Source of the DNA: Octopus vulgaris
Taxonomy: Eukaryota
Length of the DNA: 64,000 nt
Reading direction: 5' to 3'
Assembly (NCBI GenBank): GCA_951406725.2
Contig: OX597827.1
Span: 806,001-870,000, forward strand
Part shown: positions 41,531-55,534 of the stretch, piece by piece
Layout: each line of letters begins with the position of its first letter
Numbering within the stretch: position 1 is the stretch's first letter
Notes under the pieces: generated by a model
Databases searched by the model: none
What the model was told of the DNA's origin: nothing
What the model saw: the letters and a program-made list of their open reading frames with translations, nothing else
Position numbers and translations under genes: made by a program

Positions 41531-42071
41531 TGACTGTATTCAACTGCTCATGGATGCTTAGCTTCTAAACCCAAAATAACTGCGGACCCAAATGAACAGG
41601 ATATACCGATTTGCATACATAACGCTTTGTATATATATTTATATATTCCAAACTGGAATAAAGAAGCAGTCGCTTTTGTAGCTGAAACACCTTGCAGGGT
41701 AGCAGACAAAACTATTCGAGCAATGGATGCTGTATAGGAATATATTCCTGTGGAGTAATGTAAGTTGTACTGCAACTTTGGCGGATGACGTCGGAGGGAC
41801 TTTCCCACTGGTGTTTAGGGGATTTGGCACCAAACACTAAATCTCACAAGTTTGTCGTGACATATGTAGTTAATATATAAGGATATATGATAATATATTG
41901 ATATATAATAGTAGACAGTAAAACATTTATCTATCTACACGTGCATACATACACACACATGATATATAGAATGATATAGTGCATGCATGTGTGTACGTAT
42001 ATGCGTGTGTGTATATATACATATATATAATTCAGTATATTTTTGTGTATATATATGTGTATATATATATA

Positions 42072-42104
<33 letters not shown>

Positions 42105-42128
42105 ATGTGTGTATATATATATATGTAA

Positions 42129-42167
<39 letters not shown>

Positions 42168-42222
42168 AATTTTATATATATACTCAAAAGTATACTGATT
42201 TATATATACACACACAAGTCTG

Positions 42223-42343
<121 letters not shown>

Positions 42344-43636
42344 ACGTATGTATGTGTGTGTGTGTGTGTTTGTGTGTAGCAAGTGGGAGAGAAAGAGAGA
42401 AAGAGAGTGAACGAGAAAATAGATAGATAGGCAAATACATTGATGTAGCCATATATATGCATAAATACATACGCGCTCACACACACATTCATATATCTAT
42501 ATATACACACACACTACAAACTGCATAGTTATATACACACACAGTTAATTAAAGGAGATCTATCAACGAGCATCAACGATATTGTTGTGTAGCGATTTTT
42601 TAATTACTTACCACAGCAACTTTTCTCGCTCTTTTTTCACATGCATCACTGCAGGCATTCGAACGTAGCATATTACACAGTAATTAGCTGATTGCACCAA
42701 CAAATGTGCAACGATGCAATAAATGTCTTTGTAGGTATTTACGTGTATAGAGGTGTACGTCAAGTATTTGGGAATATAACGATGTGTGTACGCATATAAG
42801 TACCGATGTAGACATCTATACTCATACATAAACCTCCTATATATATATATATATATATATATAAAACTACACGTATATATATACATATTTTTGCATATAT
42901 GTATTCATACATGCATATAGATATAGACTTATATATATATATGTGTGTGTGTGTGTGTATATATACATACATATATATATGTATACACATATGTATATAT
43001 ATATATATATATATACACGCACACACAGACATACATACATACACGTGTGTGCGTCGTGTGTGTGTGCGTGTGTATTTCTATTTATGTATGTTTGTATGTG
43101 TATATGCAGATTCTCACGTTTGTGAGTATTTGTGCATGTGTCTATCTGTCTGTTTATCTGTCTGTCATTATGTATGTATGTAGGTATGTATGTATGTACG
43201 TATGTAGGTATGTATGTATGAGTATTTAGAATATGTCCATTGTATGGATATATTCATTAGTATGCATGTGTACAAGTTTGCGTGTGTATCTGAGTGTGTA
43301 CGAGTTTATACACGTGATTCTCTTAAAGAGTACCTGTTTGTTTATATATTTGTGACTGTATGAATGTTTATTACGTTCAGGTACTTAAAAAGAATTTTGC
43401 TTCGCAATTACAAAGTCCCGATTTCAATCCGAACTCTCCGTATATCGCATAAGTGTTTTCTACCGTAAGGTCGGGCCAACAAGATTCTTATAATGTACTT
43501 TTTCTGAGATAACATCTCTAAAAACCTTGCTGTGTTAAAAGGACAGAAAAGAAAAAAAAAAATCCATAAATATCGGAAGGAGTCACCCCACCCCCTCTCT
43601 CTCTCTGTCTCTCTCTCTCTCTCTATATATATATTC

Positions 43637-44000
43637 TTTTATTATTTTACTTGTTTCAATCATTTTTGACTGCGGCCATGGTGGAGCATCGCATTTAGTC
43701 GAACAAATCGACCCCAGGACTTATCATTTGTAAGCCTAGTACTTATTGTATCGGTCTCTTTGCCGAACCGCTAAGTTACGGGACGTAAACATACCGACAT
43801 CGGTTGTCAAGCGATGGTGGGGGTACAAACACACACACACACACATATACGACGGGCTTCTTTCAGTTTCCGTCTACTAAATCCACTCACAAGGCTTTGG
43901 TCGGTCCGAGGCTATAGTAAAAGACACTTGTCCAAGGTGCCACGTAATGAAACTGAACCCGGTACCATGTGGTTGATAAGCAAGCTAACTACCACACATC
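43637..44000 (-). mobile_element. SINE family A, near full length
   Basis: Reverse complement of the 8079/19469 family. Confidence 0.9.
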
Positions 44001-44029
44001 CACTCATATATATATTTATAATAGTGGGC

Positions 44030-44240
44030 TCACGTTTTGGCCCAAAGCCAGCAGTTTTGAGAGAGGGTAAAGTCAATTTCCCCCGTATCCCCAGTGTTCA
44101 ACTAGAACTTATTTTATCGACCCCCAAAAGAGTAAGACTAAAGTAGACCACAGCGGAATTTGAGCTCAGAACGTAAGGGCGGATGAAATCCTCTCAGCAT
44201 TTTGTCCGGCGTGCTAACGATTCTGACAGCTCGTCGTCTT
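44030..44240 (-). mobile_element. SINE family B
   Basis: TTTTATCGACCCC..GCGGAATTTGAGCTCAGAACGTAA..GTGCTAACGATTCTG. Confidence 0.8.
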
Positions 44241-44270
44241 ATACATATGTATAATGTAATTTATAATATA

Positions 44271-44557
44271 CGATGGTTTTTGTTAAGCAGCATCGATTTT
44301 TACAATTTTGTCAATAATGATAGTATTTTATAAGCTTAAAACTTATAAGCGATCACCGCGCAATGACTAAAGAAAATTGTCTAATAATGTGGCATATAAA
44401 CACTCGACGGAAAAAAAAAGTAGGTTTTACCGTAAGCATGGGACTCGAGCTCACACCTCTTAGTTTTGCCGACAAGTATGCAACCATTACACTAGCGCAC
44501 AACCTGCTTCATTCTGTCCAAATTGTAAAAATCGACGCTGCTTTACAAAGACCATCG
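44271..44557. mobile_element. MITE with 38-bp TIRs enclosing a tRNA-like unit
   Basis: 44271-44308 CGATGGTTTTTGTTAAGCAGCATCGATTTTTACAATTT versus the reverse complement of 44520-44557: 35/38 identical; TA on the left, CA on the right. Confidence 0.8.
44411..44509 (-). pseudogene. tRNA-like Pol III unit with oligo-T terminator (inside the MITE)
   Basis: Minus strand TAGTGTAATGG (A box), AGCTCGAGTCC (B box variant), T9 run; homologous to 44633-44731. Confidence 0.65.
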
Positions 44558-44632
44558 CAGTAAAAGTGCATGAAAGTTTGTTTACAAAAACAACACTCCG
44601 AAATAATTATAGTTCTTAAATCTCACCGATTC

Positions 44633-44731
44633 AAACAGCTTGTACGGTAGTGTAATGGTAGCATACTTGTCGCGAAAATCAAACAGATGTAGGTTCGAGT
44701 CCTAGGCGTACGGCAAATTCTACTTTTTTTT
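44633..44731 (+). pseudogene. tRNA-like Pol III unit with oligo-T terminator
   Basis: 44641-44712 partially folds as a cloverleaf: acceptor TGTACG/CGTACG, D arm GTGT..GCAT, T arm TAGG-TTCGAGT-CCTA; anticodon arm does not pair well; T8 at 44724-44731. Confidence 0.7.
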
Positions 44732-45578
44732 CAAAATTGTACAAAAACCGAAAGAAAGACACAAGTGAGAGAACAACTAACAAGGTGTATAAATCTGACG
44801 GTTAGGAGAAATGGAAGTGGCCATGACGTTTCAAGCCAAACAGGAAGGAAGGAACGAGAATGGGAAACAAATAAGAGAGAAAGGAAACGTGTCTCGATTA
44901 ACAGTTGCATATATGTATATATATACGCACATACACACACGCACACACACTACTGTTAATAAATGTAGAAAAACATCAACAATTAAACTCTGATCAAGTT
45001 CATTTCACTCGCCTCTCCCGTGACCACCACCACCAAGAATTTCATCGGATTTTCAGAAATTGATTGGACTGAGAACTACGTAACAGTTTACCTCTAAATG
45101 TGCAACACCTCTGGGAGTACACGTCATCTCAGTGTGTGCAGTACCAATTATTGCCACAAGAATCTATTTATAGGGATGTCTGGGTAAAATATTGACAATA
45201 TGGACAATTTAAGTAAAGATTCAAATGTCGGTAAACGAGATTAAAAATTCAACGCACACTTACACAAACACACACATACACATGTATATACGTATATACC
45301 GCACACGCACACTTACGCACACGCATATACGCACACGCACATACACATATGCATATACACACACGCACGTACACACACATAAATGCTATTACACACACAG
45401 ACACACACACTCGCGCGCTTGCACATACACTCAGATACCCCCTCTTACACTCTCCTGTCTTAGAAAGAACTTTTTCTTCATCCATTCCCTTCCGGTCATT
45501 TCAAAATGTAACTACATGGGGATTGTTGGCCATTTTTTCCCTCCGTCTTCCTTTTCTCTCGGACTTTCCTCTGTTTTC

Positions 45579-45615
45579 TGTTTCTGATGAAGAGCTTTGC
45601 TCGAAACGTTAAACA
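45579..45615 (+). ncRNA. Minimal hammerhead ribozyme motif (GAGC-stem family), intact
   Basis: TGTTT-CTGATGA-A-GAGC(TTT)GCTC-GAAA-CG-T-T-AAACA; 5-bp stem I. Confidence 0.8.
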
Positions 45616-45743
45616 ACCTTTCTATCCTTCCCTGGGCGTCTTTTAATAATTTGCATGTACTACGTCCGCGCGTCGTTGCTTTTTTCTTCGTTTTTTTTAA
45701 TTAATCATATGTGTGTGTGTGAGCGTGTACATACATACATACA

Positions 45744-45779
<36 letters not shown>

Positions 45780-45938
45780 TATACGGGTGTGTGTGATTGT
45801 GTATAGGAGAATATATTAATAAAAGGAATTCCAACCTTGTCTGAATATCACGTTTTATTTACAATCTTATAATGATATAATATAATATAATATAATAAAA
45901 TAAAATAAAATAATAGAATGTTAAATGTTCATTCTGAT

Positions 45939-45983
45939 TGAACTAGTACTTTCATGCATTAAATTATGCAATCTTCAGGTTCA
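45939..45983 (-). ncRNA. Minimal hammerhead ribozyme motif, intact core
   Basis: Minus strand TGAAC-CTGAAGA-T-TGCAT(AATTTA)ATGCA-T-GAAA-GTAC-T-A-GTTCA; palindrome AGTACT. Confidence 0.8.
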
Positions 45984-46283
45984 TGTAGTAGTGGTGACAG
46001 TCAAGCTTCACAATGTTTGACTGTAGCGAGATGGTTAAAGCTGTGCCTTAAATACACCTGTGAAGGCTCCAGATTGCTAGGTTTTGCAAACTGTATTCTG
46101 ACCAATCAGTGTGTAGCATCATTCAATTACTTAAGCTGATTGGTTTAAGCGTCACGCTTTGTTGAACATGTCAAGAGTCCTGTATCTTAACCCTGGCCGA
46201 GGCAGCAATTGTTGGGCTATTTTTAGAAATGTTGTAAATAGCTTTTGTCAGGGATTTTTATGTTTCAATTGTCATCATCATCA

Positions 46284-47023
46284 TTGTCAGCACCTTAATT
46301 ATTGTTGCTAGTGATTGATATATATATATATATATATACACACACATAATATGTACATATAGTGCACCCTACATGTACTATCACCAAAACAGATTGAATG
46401 ACCACTCATCCGTGACGAAACCTTTGCGTTCAAACAGCTGCACCAACATGTCTCATTGCGGAACAAGGCTGTACGTAAATTCTAATTTTGAGTACCATAC
46501 CAGTTCAGAAGTGCACCCATTCCACGATGTTGTCATTATAATCACGCCATCTTCTTCTGCTCAAAAATGCAGACCTTGTGTCTCAAATAGAAACAATTAT
46601 CTATTGTTAAGCTGTAATATATTACTAATTATGCTATTTATGCATTAAAGTATGATTTAAGGGTAAAAAGAAATACAGCCGATTGCTATGATAGTTGTAC
46701 CGTGCGAATTGTATTTATACTGCTGAGAACCATATTGAGTCGTAACAAGAGAAATGTTGAGGTTGAATATACAAACACCACAAAGCCACCCTGTTTCTAA
46801 GCGAGCTCCCCTCAGACACAAGCAACGCTCTCCCCGTACACACACACACGCGCGAGCGCGTAAAGATTTGGATTCAATTAATCATGCGGCTTTCACGGAA
46901 AGCTCCCCTTTCGGAGTCGGTTATCAGTTTATGGACATATTTTATTATCTGTAGAGTAATATATAATATGTCCGTGTAACTGAATATCCAGGAAATCCGT
47001 GCAATAGATTTTTCTGTGAGCGG

Positions 47024-47079
<56 letters not shown>

Positions 47080-48070
47080 ATAGATATATATATACGCATA
47101 ATAGATATATATATTCATGCATACATATATATATATATTCTCGTTCTTCTCTTTCGTTTTTTGCTTTCTACCTATCCTTCTGTGTTTCTTTCTTCCTTAC
47201 TTTCTTCTTTCATTCTTTCTTTCATTCTTTCTTTCCTTCTTTCTTTCTTTCATTCTTTCATTCTTCCTTTCTTCCGTTCTTCCTTTCTTACTTTCTTTCT
47301 TTCTTTCTTTCTTTCTATTTTTCTCCATTCCTTTGTTCTTTCTTGTCAGCACCTTAATTATTGTTGCTAGTGATATATATATATATATACACATAATATG
47401 TACATATAGTGCACCCTACATGTACTATCACCAAAACAGATTGAATGACCACGAATCCTTTGCGTTCAAACAGCTGCACCAACATGTCTCATTGCGGAAC
47501 AAGGCTGTACGTAAATTCTAATTTTGAGTACCATACCAGTTCAGAAGTGCACCCATTCCACGATGTTGTCATTAGTCACGCCATCTTCTTCTGCTCAAAA
47601 ATGCAGACCTTGTGTCTCAAATAGAAACACTTATCTATTGTTAAGCTGTAATATATTACTAATTATGCTATTTATGCATTAAAGTATGATTTAAGGGTAA
47701 AAAGAAATACAGTCGATTGCTATGATAGTTGTACCGTGCGAATTGTATTTATACTGCTGAGAACCATATTGAGTCGTAACAAGAGAAATGTTGAAGTTGA
47801 ATATACAAACACCACAAAGCCACCCTGTTTCTAAGCGAGCTCCCCTCAGACACAAGCAACGCTCTCCCCGTACACACACACACGCGCGAGCGCGTAAAGA
47901 TTTGGATTCAATTAATCATGCGGCTTTCACGGAAAGCTCCCCTTTCGGAGTCGGTTATCAGTTTATGGACATATTTTATTATCTGTAGAGTAATATATAA
48001 TATGTCCGTGTAACTGAATATCCAGGAAATCCGTGCAATAGATTTTTCTGTGAGCGGCAAATATATATAT

Positions 48071-48112
<42 letters not shown>

Positions 48113-48378
48113 ATAGATATATATATACGCATAATAGATATATATATTCATGCATACATATATATATATATTCTCGTTCTTCTCTTTCGTTTTTTGCTTT
48201 CTACCTATCCTTCTGTGTTTCTTTCTTCCTTACTTTCTTCTTTCATTCTTTCTTTCATTCTTTCTTTCCTACTTTCTTTCTTTCATTCTTTCATTCTTCC
48301 TTTCTTCCGTTCTTCCTTTCTTACTTTCTTTCTTTCTTTCTTTCTTTCTATTTTTCTCCATTCCTTTGTTCTTTCTTG
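46284..48378. repeat. ~1.05 kb direct tandem duplication
   Basis: 46284-47345 and 47343-48378 are near-identical, with a few SNPs, an ~11-bp indel and microsatellite length differences; junction shares TTG. Confidence 0.95.
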
Positions 48379-48525
48379 GTCTCTCTCTCTTTTTATATTT
48401 TTCCTTCTTCTTTTCATTCCTATATTTTCTTCTGTTTGCCTCGCTCATTCTTTCCCTCATAAATGCAAGTGCGTGTGCGTGTTGTGTATGTACGTGTGTG
48501 TATGTATGTGTGTGGGTATGCATGC

Positions 48526-48568
<43 letters not shown>

Positions 48569-49019
48569 CGTTCATGTGTGTACGTGCATGCCAGCGTGTG
48601 TGTGAGCATGTGTGTGTGTGTGTCTGTGTGTATGTGCCATTGGCAAATAACTGCAAGAAACAAACCAACAACACGAAAAGGCGTTGAAGATTTTCCAAAG
48701 TCGACAATTTGAATGATAAACGTAAATATATTGAGTAAAAAAAACCGGTGACGAGAAACATTCACCAGAGAGAGAGAGAGAATGAGATGTGCGCTCGGGG
48801 GGCGCTGGAGCTGTGTGCCCGCAGTGGGAACGGTATACAAAGCGGTGTGGTCCTTATGTGTGAGTGTGTGTGTGTGTGTGTGTGTCTATGTGCTATTAAA
48901 GGCAGTGAAATACGAGTTGTGTTTTGGCGGTTAGAAAGAGTTAAGGTAAATCATTTATATTTTGGCAGAGTCGACATTTGTTGCGCGAAATCAAATAGAA
49001 TAAAGAATAAACAGTTATA

Positions 49020-49089
<70 letters not shown>

Positions 49090-49154
49090 ACATATATATG
49101 AATGTATGTCTATGTATATATATATGTGTGTGTGTATATATATTTGAATGTATG

Positions 49155-49188
<34 letters not shown>

Positions 49189-49483
49189 ATCACACACATA
49201 CATACATTTACAGATTAATAGAATTTCAGAAAAATATATAAATATAATGGTAATTGAATTGTTTTGACAAGGCACGAGGCCAATGTGATTCGTTTTTTGT
49301 CATTTCAGTTTCAAGATTTTTTCAAATTTTTTATTATTTTTACTCTCTTATTTATTCATTTTACTTTTTTTATTTTACTTCAAGGGATGCACTTTTTGCT
49401 TTTGTGAGAGAAGGGGCAGAAAGAAAATGAGCGCATAGGTATGATTAGATTATATACAGAATATGTATATATGTACGTAAGTT

Positions 49484-49571
<88 letters not shown>

Positions 49572-49603
49572 TGTATGTATCTATGTATCTATGTATCTAT
49601 CTA

Positions 49604-49658
<55 letters not shown>

Positions 49659-49882
49659 ATATATATATATGAAGGCGCATGTGTGTATAAATGGAGATAT
49701 ACAAACGAATACAAATATACATATATACACACACACACATATATATATGTATACATACGTATGTATGTATGCATGCATGCATGTATGTATGTATGTGTGT
49801 ATGTGTGTGTGTATGTATGTATGTATGTATGTATGTATCTATCTATCTATCTATCTATATGTATATATTATACAAACATTCA

Positions 49883-49936
<54 letters not shown>

Positions 49937-50285
49937 CACCTTGTACGCAAATCTCTTGCATCTAACCTCTATTTCAAGAGGTCCTCTCCAAAAATGATGC
50001 AGAAGAGGATGAAATTTTGATTTCTCTTCTCTCTTTTCTCGCTCATATGTTTTCTTTGCCTAACCGATTGATTTCTTTGAATGCTTCACAATATGAGGCA
50101 ACTGAGATACGTCATCACCGATTTCTGGGTCAATACTGCGGGATACAACAAAATCCATTGCTCACTAGCTAAGCATCCGGTACTTTATCGGTGTTGCCAC
50201 GCATGCGTGCATACATACATACATACATACATACATACATACATACATACATACATACATACATACATACATACATACATACGTT

Positions 50286-50507
50286 GAACTATTGAGAAAT
50301 CTGCAGATACTCTATCCAAATTACAATTTCAGGTTTATACCTGTAATTATTGAGTTCCAGAGTTATGTAACACGTTGTCTAAATACCAATCTTGAGAAAT
50401 TAGGCTTCTCAAAACCAGAAAGGAGAAACCTAATTCGAAGACTACAGATCCAATCCATCACTTGAACTGTAAAAATCTGTAAAACTTTCCAGAAGTTTAT
50501 CATTTAT
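50286..50507 (+). mobile_element. C-terminal fragment of another RLE-type retrotransposon family
   Basis: [47 protein letters not shown]; follows an (ACAT)n tract. Confidence 0.6.
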
Positions 50508-50514
50508 ATATATA

Positions 50515-51060
50515 TTATCCGTTCTTTTCAGCTAATACTTTCCTGATTATTTTAGCCATGAAAAGGAGTCAAACCTTTTGTAACAGTTCTACTGGGAACT
50601 CTATTCCAATTTCCTTTATATTCCCTTTGATACCTCCTGATCCTGTTCCCAAAGACCCAACAATAACTGGCACTATTTTCACCGTTTCAGTTTCCATAGC
50701 CTGGCTATTTCGTACTTAAGAGAGTTGTATTTTTCTTTTCGCCTTCCTTCTTGACAATTCATGGGTCAAAGGAGGGGGGAATGCAGCATCAACTAATCAG
50801 GGTATGGGGTGCCCCTTGTCATCCACCACTAGGTCCGGGGTCTGTTAGCATCTGATTTGTTTGGATTGGGAAATCCCACAGGATTTTGCTAGTCTCCCTC
50901 TTTCCGCACAGTTTCCAGTGTAGCACTTTCGTTACCTGGTCGTGTCGCCACAACTTGTAGTGGTTTGGGGCAAGTCTACGGAATTCGTTCGTGATATGGG
51001 CAATGGTTTCATCGACTCTGTTGCAGATGCGGCACAACGAAGACATTTGCTCATTCCTCG
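50515..51060 (-). mobile_element. RLE-type (R4/Dong-like) retrotransposon fragment
   Basis: ORF 50819-51046 CRICNRVDETIAHI..WRHDQV..LHWKLC..ILWDFPIQT (zinc knuckle, RHD, WD motifs); downstream KYNSLKYEIARLW and KIIRKVLA. Confidence 0.9.
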
Positions 51061-51117
51061 GGTTGACTCTCCAGTTCGTGACTAAAGTTTTGTATTATTA
51101 TTATTATTATTATTATT

Positions 51118-51675
51118 GAATGAGAAAGCAGTACTTGCCATCAAGGTTGTACTGGGGTACAAATATACGGAGCCCAGTATACCCATCATGACTACCCGTC
51201 TGATAAGGGTAAACCAGGCACATGCATCACAACCATATGAGTAAAACATGGTCATCTCATATCAAGATTAACAGCACATGACCTTGCAGGTGGGGCCCAG
51301 TTAGAATTTTCTTCTGATCGAGTAGCCCATCCCGCTCAAAAGGCCCCTGAATATGGTTTGTTTAAGAATGTTGAACGAAACACCCATGTTTCCAGGGGGA
51401 ATCATCCAAACCCAAAAGAATTCCTCTCAACACATGGCTTTGATGCTAACCCATTACTTCCGCTCATGATTAGAGATGCACATATCACCAGCCACTAAGG
51501 GACATGGTCAACTGGTTAAGGTCAAACAACTCACAGGCAAATCTGTGGTACTGAGCAAAATATTTACTGTCACCCATATTTTATACCAAGACAAAACAAT
51601 GTACATGATAACACTTCCAATCAGTTAAGATGAGAAGCCATGAGAGCCACTGCCTGGTACTGCATCAGAGCATTT
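51118..51675 (-). mobile_element. ~550 bp TAA-associated dispersed repeat, longest copy
   Basis: Flanked on both sides by (TTA)n; homologous to 2381-2898 and 12331-12499. Confidence 0.85.
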
Positions 51676-51703
51676 ATCATTATTGCTGTTGTTGTTGTTG
51701 TTG

Positions 51704-51749
<46 letters not shown>

Positions 51750-51962
51750 GAAGGTAGTGGACTATCAGTACAGCTATTTGAATTTGGAAACGAAACAAAA
51801 AACTTTCGGTAGCGACTGAATGAACCTTCTGCTTCGATCCCATGTTCAAACTCTAACACATGTATTGAGTACTTTTTAATCTTGTGCTCCCAAACTCAAG
51901 CACACATTCACTCGTACCCATACATACATACATACATACATACATACATACATGGACGTGTT

Positions 51963-51993
<31 letters not shown>

Positions 51994-52002
51994 ACATATA
52001 TA

Positions 52003-52210
52003 TAAGGGAGAGCTGAAAAGTGCCTGGCTTTAAGGGTATTATGAAAGACTTTTTTGGAGGTTCAACTTTCCGAGTTCTTTTAAAGAGTTTAGAAAAACTG
52101 AATAACCGGTGCGATATGTGTTAATCTGAGAGGGGAATGAGTTGAATAAAATCATAATTAACCGATTCTCCTGTATTTTCCGAAGCCAGGAACTTTTCAG
52201 TATCTCCTCA
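52003..52210 (+). mobile_element. Non-autonomous mariner deletion derivative
   Basis: TA-flanked imperfect 28-bp TIRs (..CTGAAAAGTGCCTGGCTT / AAGCCAGGAACTTTTCAG..); internal remnant of the transposase end (EKL..RC..VNLRGE.VE*). Confidence 0.8.
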
Positions 52211-52235
52211 TATTTATGCGTTTCTGCTATATGTA

Positions 52236-52270
<35 letters not shown>

Positions 52271-52942
52271 CATAGTGTGACAGACGTATAAAACTATAAA
52301 TTTTATTGGGCAATTAATATAAAAACGACGAAAAGCGATTCTAATTGAATGAGAGCTGTAGATGCAAAATGACGTTAAAAATGGTAAAAATGTGAAGAAA
52401 TCTGCCATCGCTTCTCCCTTAACTCATGATATCAGCAAATGCTGAATTAGATTTAATCACTGGATTTATTTCTCATTTACTTTTTGGGCTTTCTCTCTGT
52501 CGCTCTCTTTTTATCTGTCTGTCTCTCCTTCTCTCTAGAACTCTCTATGACTTCCTCCCTCTATGGCTCTCTCTCTCTCTCTCCTCTCTCCCTCTTTGTT
52601 TCTGCTTCTGTATCTCTCTCTCCCTATGTCTCTGTATCTCTTTCGTTCAAATTTTAGTCTTTCTCTTATTCTATGAAGAATATTTTTCTTTCGCGTTACC
52701 GAACCTCACAGATTTTCTTTCTGTTTTCTTTTTTTAAATTTAGTAAATGCAGACATATAAACACATAAACATACACACGCACACACACGCACGCACTGCG
52801 CGTGCACGAACACACGCACATATAGACACAAAGGCACACATACACACATGCACCACATTCCCGAATGCTTCATGTATGTCTGCATGTTAGTACGCCTGTA
52901 TGTGTGTGTGTGTGTGTGTGCCCGCGCGCATATATATATGAG

Positions 52943-52974
<32 letters not shown>

Positions 52975-53121
52975 CATATATATATAATATAATGTACATA
53001 TATTATACACACTCACACACACATATACACATAAATATAACATGCATATACATAAAAATATATATCAGTGTGTGTTAGCGCGCGTAGACATACATACATA
53101 CATGCATACATACACACACAC

Positions 53122-53159
<38 letters not shown>

Positions 53160-53642
53160 GAGGACTCACACACACTGTCCCACACACATACACATAAAAT
53201 ATACGTACATGCATCAAAGATACACAGAGAAAAATGAGAAAGAATAATAGAAAGAAAGGAAGAAAGTGGTATAATAAAATGTAAGTGTTCATTAGCTAAA
53301 TTGCTTCATTGTCTTGGTGGACGAGATTGTAATGTCATTAGACATATATAGAAAATTTGATACCATTCCAAAGACAGGTGGCAGCAAAAAGCAAGCAAAA
53401 ATCCCCCCAGAGTCACAAAATTATTAATATTCTCAATGTATACACGAGAATGTAGTTGAACAACGTCACATTTTACTACAGATACGACCAGCAGAAGAAC
53501 ACGCTTCTTGCTTTAGATTCCTTAACAGAATTTATTCGCTGGTTTTGTCGTTTTGTTTTTGAATGTGTAAGTGTATGTGTGTATGCGTGTATGTAGGTAT
53601 GTGTATGAGTGTGTGTATGTGTGTGCGTAAAAACGTCTGTGG

Positions 53643-54520
<878 letters not shown>

Positions 54521-54555
54521 AGAGAGAAAGATATAGATATATAAATAAATAAATG

Positions 54556-54616
<61 letters not shown>

Positions 54617-55534
54617 GCAGATGTATCTGTATATCTATGTCCATGTATTTGTTTATGCTAACCTTTATATTACAAATGCAGGAAACTAGAGTTGTTAACA
54701 TACTTTTATTAATATATTTCCGCTCAAGTATACTAGCACACACATACGCGAATATATTTACATATACACACACACACACACACACACATATCTATATGTC
54801 TGCCTGTAAGTCTGTTGCCTTCTGTCTGTCTATCTATCTGTCTGACTGTCTGTCTGTCTGTTTGTGTGTATGAATGTATGTGCGTGTGTGCATGTGTGTG
54901 TGAGTGTATATATATATATATATATATATATACATACATACACATTAATATAATATATACAGTGTTTTATAGGTCCTCCAGCTCATCGTTGTCCTATATA
55001 TATCATGTTGTATGTTTATCCAAGATGGTTCATAGTTTGTCCGCAACCTTTGAAACCAGTTGTGACTCGATTCATCAGACTTTTTAAAGTTTATTGGGGA
55101 AGCTTGACAGTGGTGGAAGAGAGGATAGTAAAGATATCAGATATATGGAGCTTCCTTATCTAAAAAAAAAAGTCCCCTTTTTTTATGAGAAAAGGGATTT
55201 TTTTATTAGCTTCTCGTTATCCCGCAGTATTATTGATGTTTCCTACTTTGAAATGACGTGGTTAACAAAGTACATATATTGGGGTAATTTTATTTATGTG
55301 CTGTGTCTCCAATATCAGGAAGTGTGAGATGCTGGTAAAGAATTTTCCAGAATCGATCTACGCCAAACTTATGCTTTTATATCTTGTTCTGCTGTCATCA
55401 ATAACTTCTTGGTTTATCAATAAGGATTTTTTTTTCATATCCATAATCCCTTTGCAACATTCTGCTCGTCTGGTAAAATGGAAAAAATATTGATGTTATC
55501 TTCCAACATGCTCTGCCATCTTGTTAGCGAATAT

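Noticed and set aside
44641-44712. Functional tRNA gene
   Set aside because: The anticodon arm does not form a 5-bp stem with a 7-nt loop; kept as tRNA-like only.
46880-46935. Minus-strand CTGATAA...GAAA motif in the duplicated segment
   Set aside because: Core G8 is missing, helix III is not palindromic and stem I is unconvincing.
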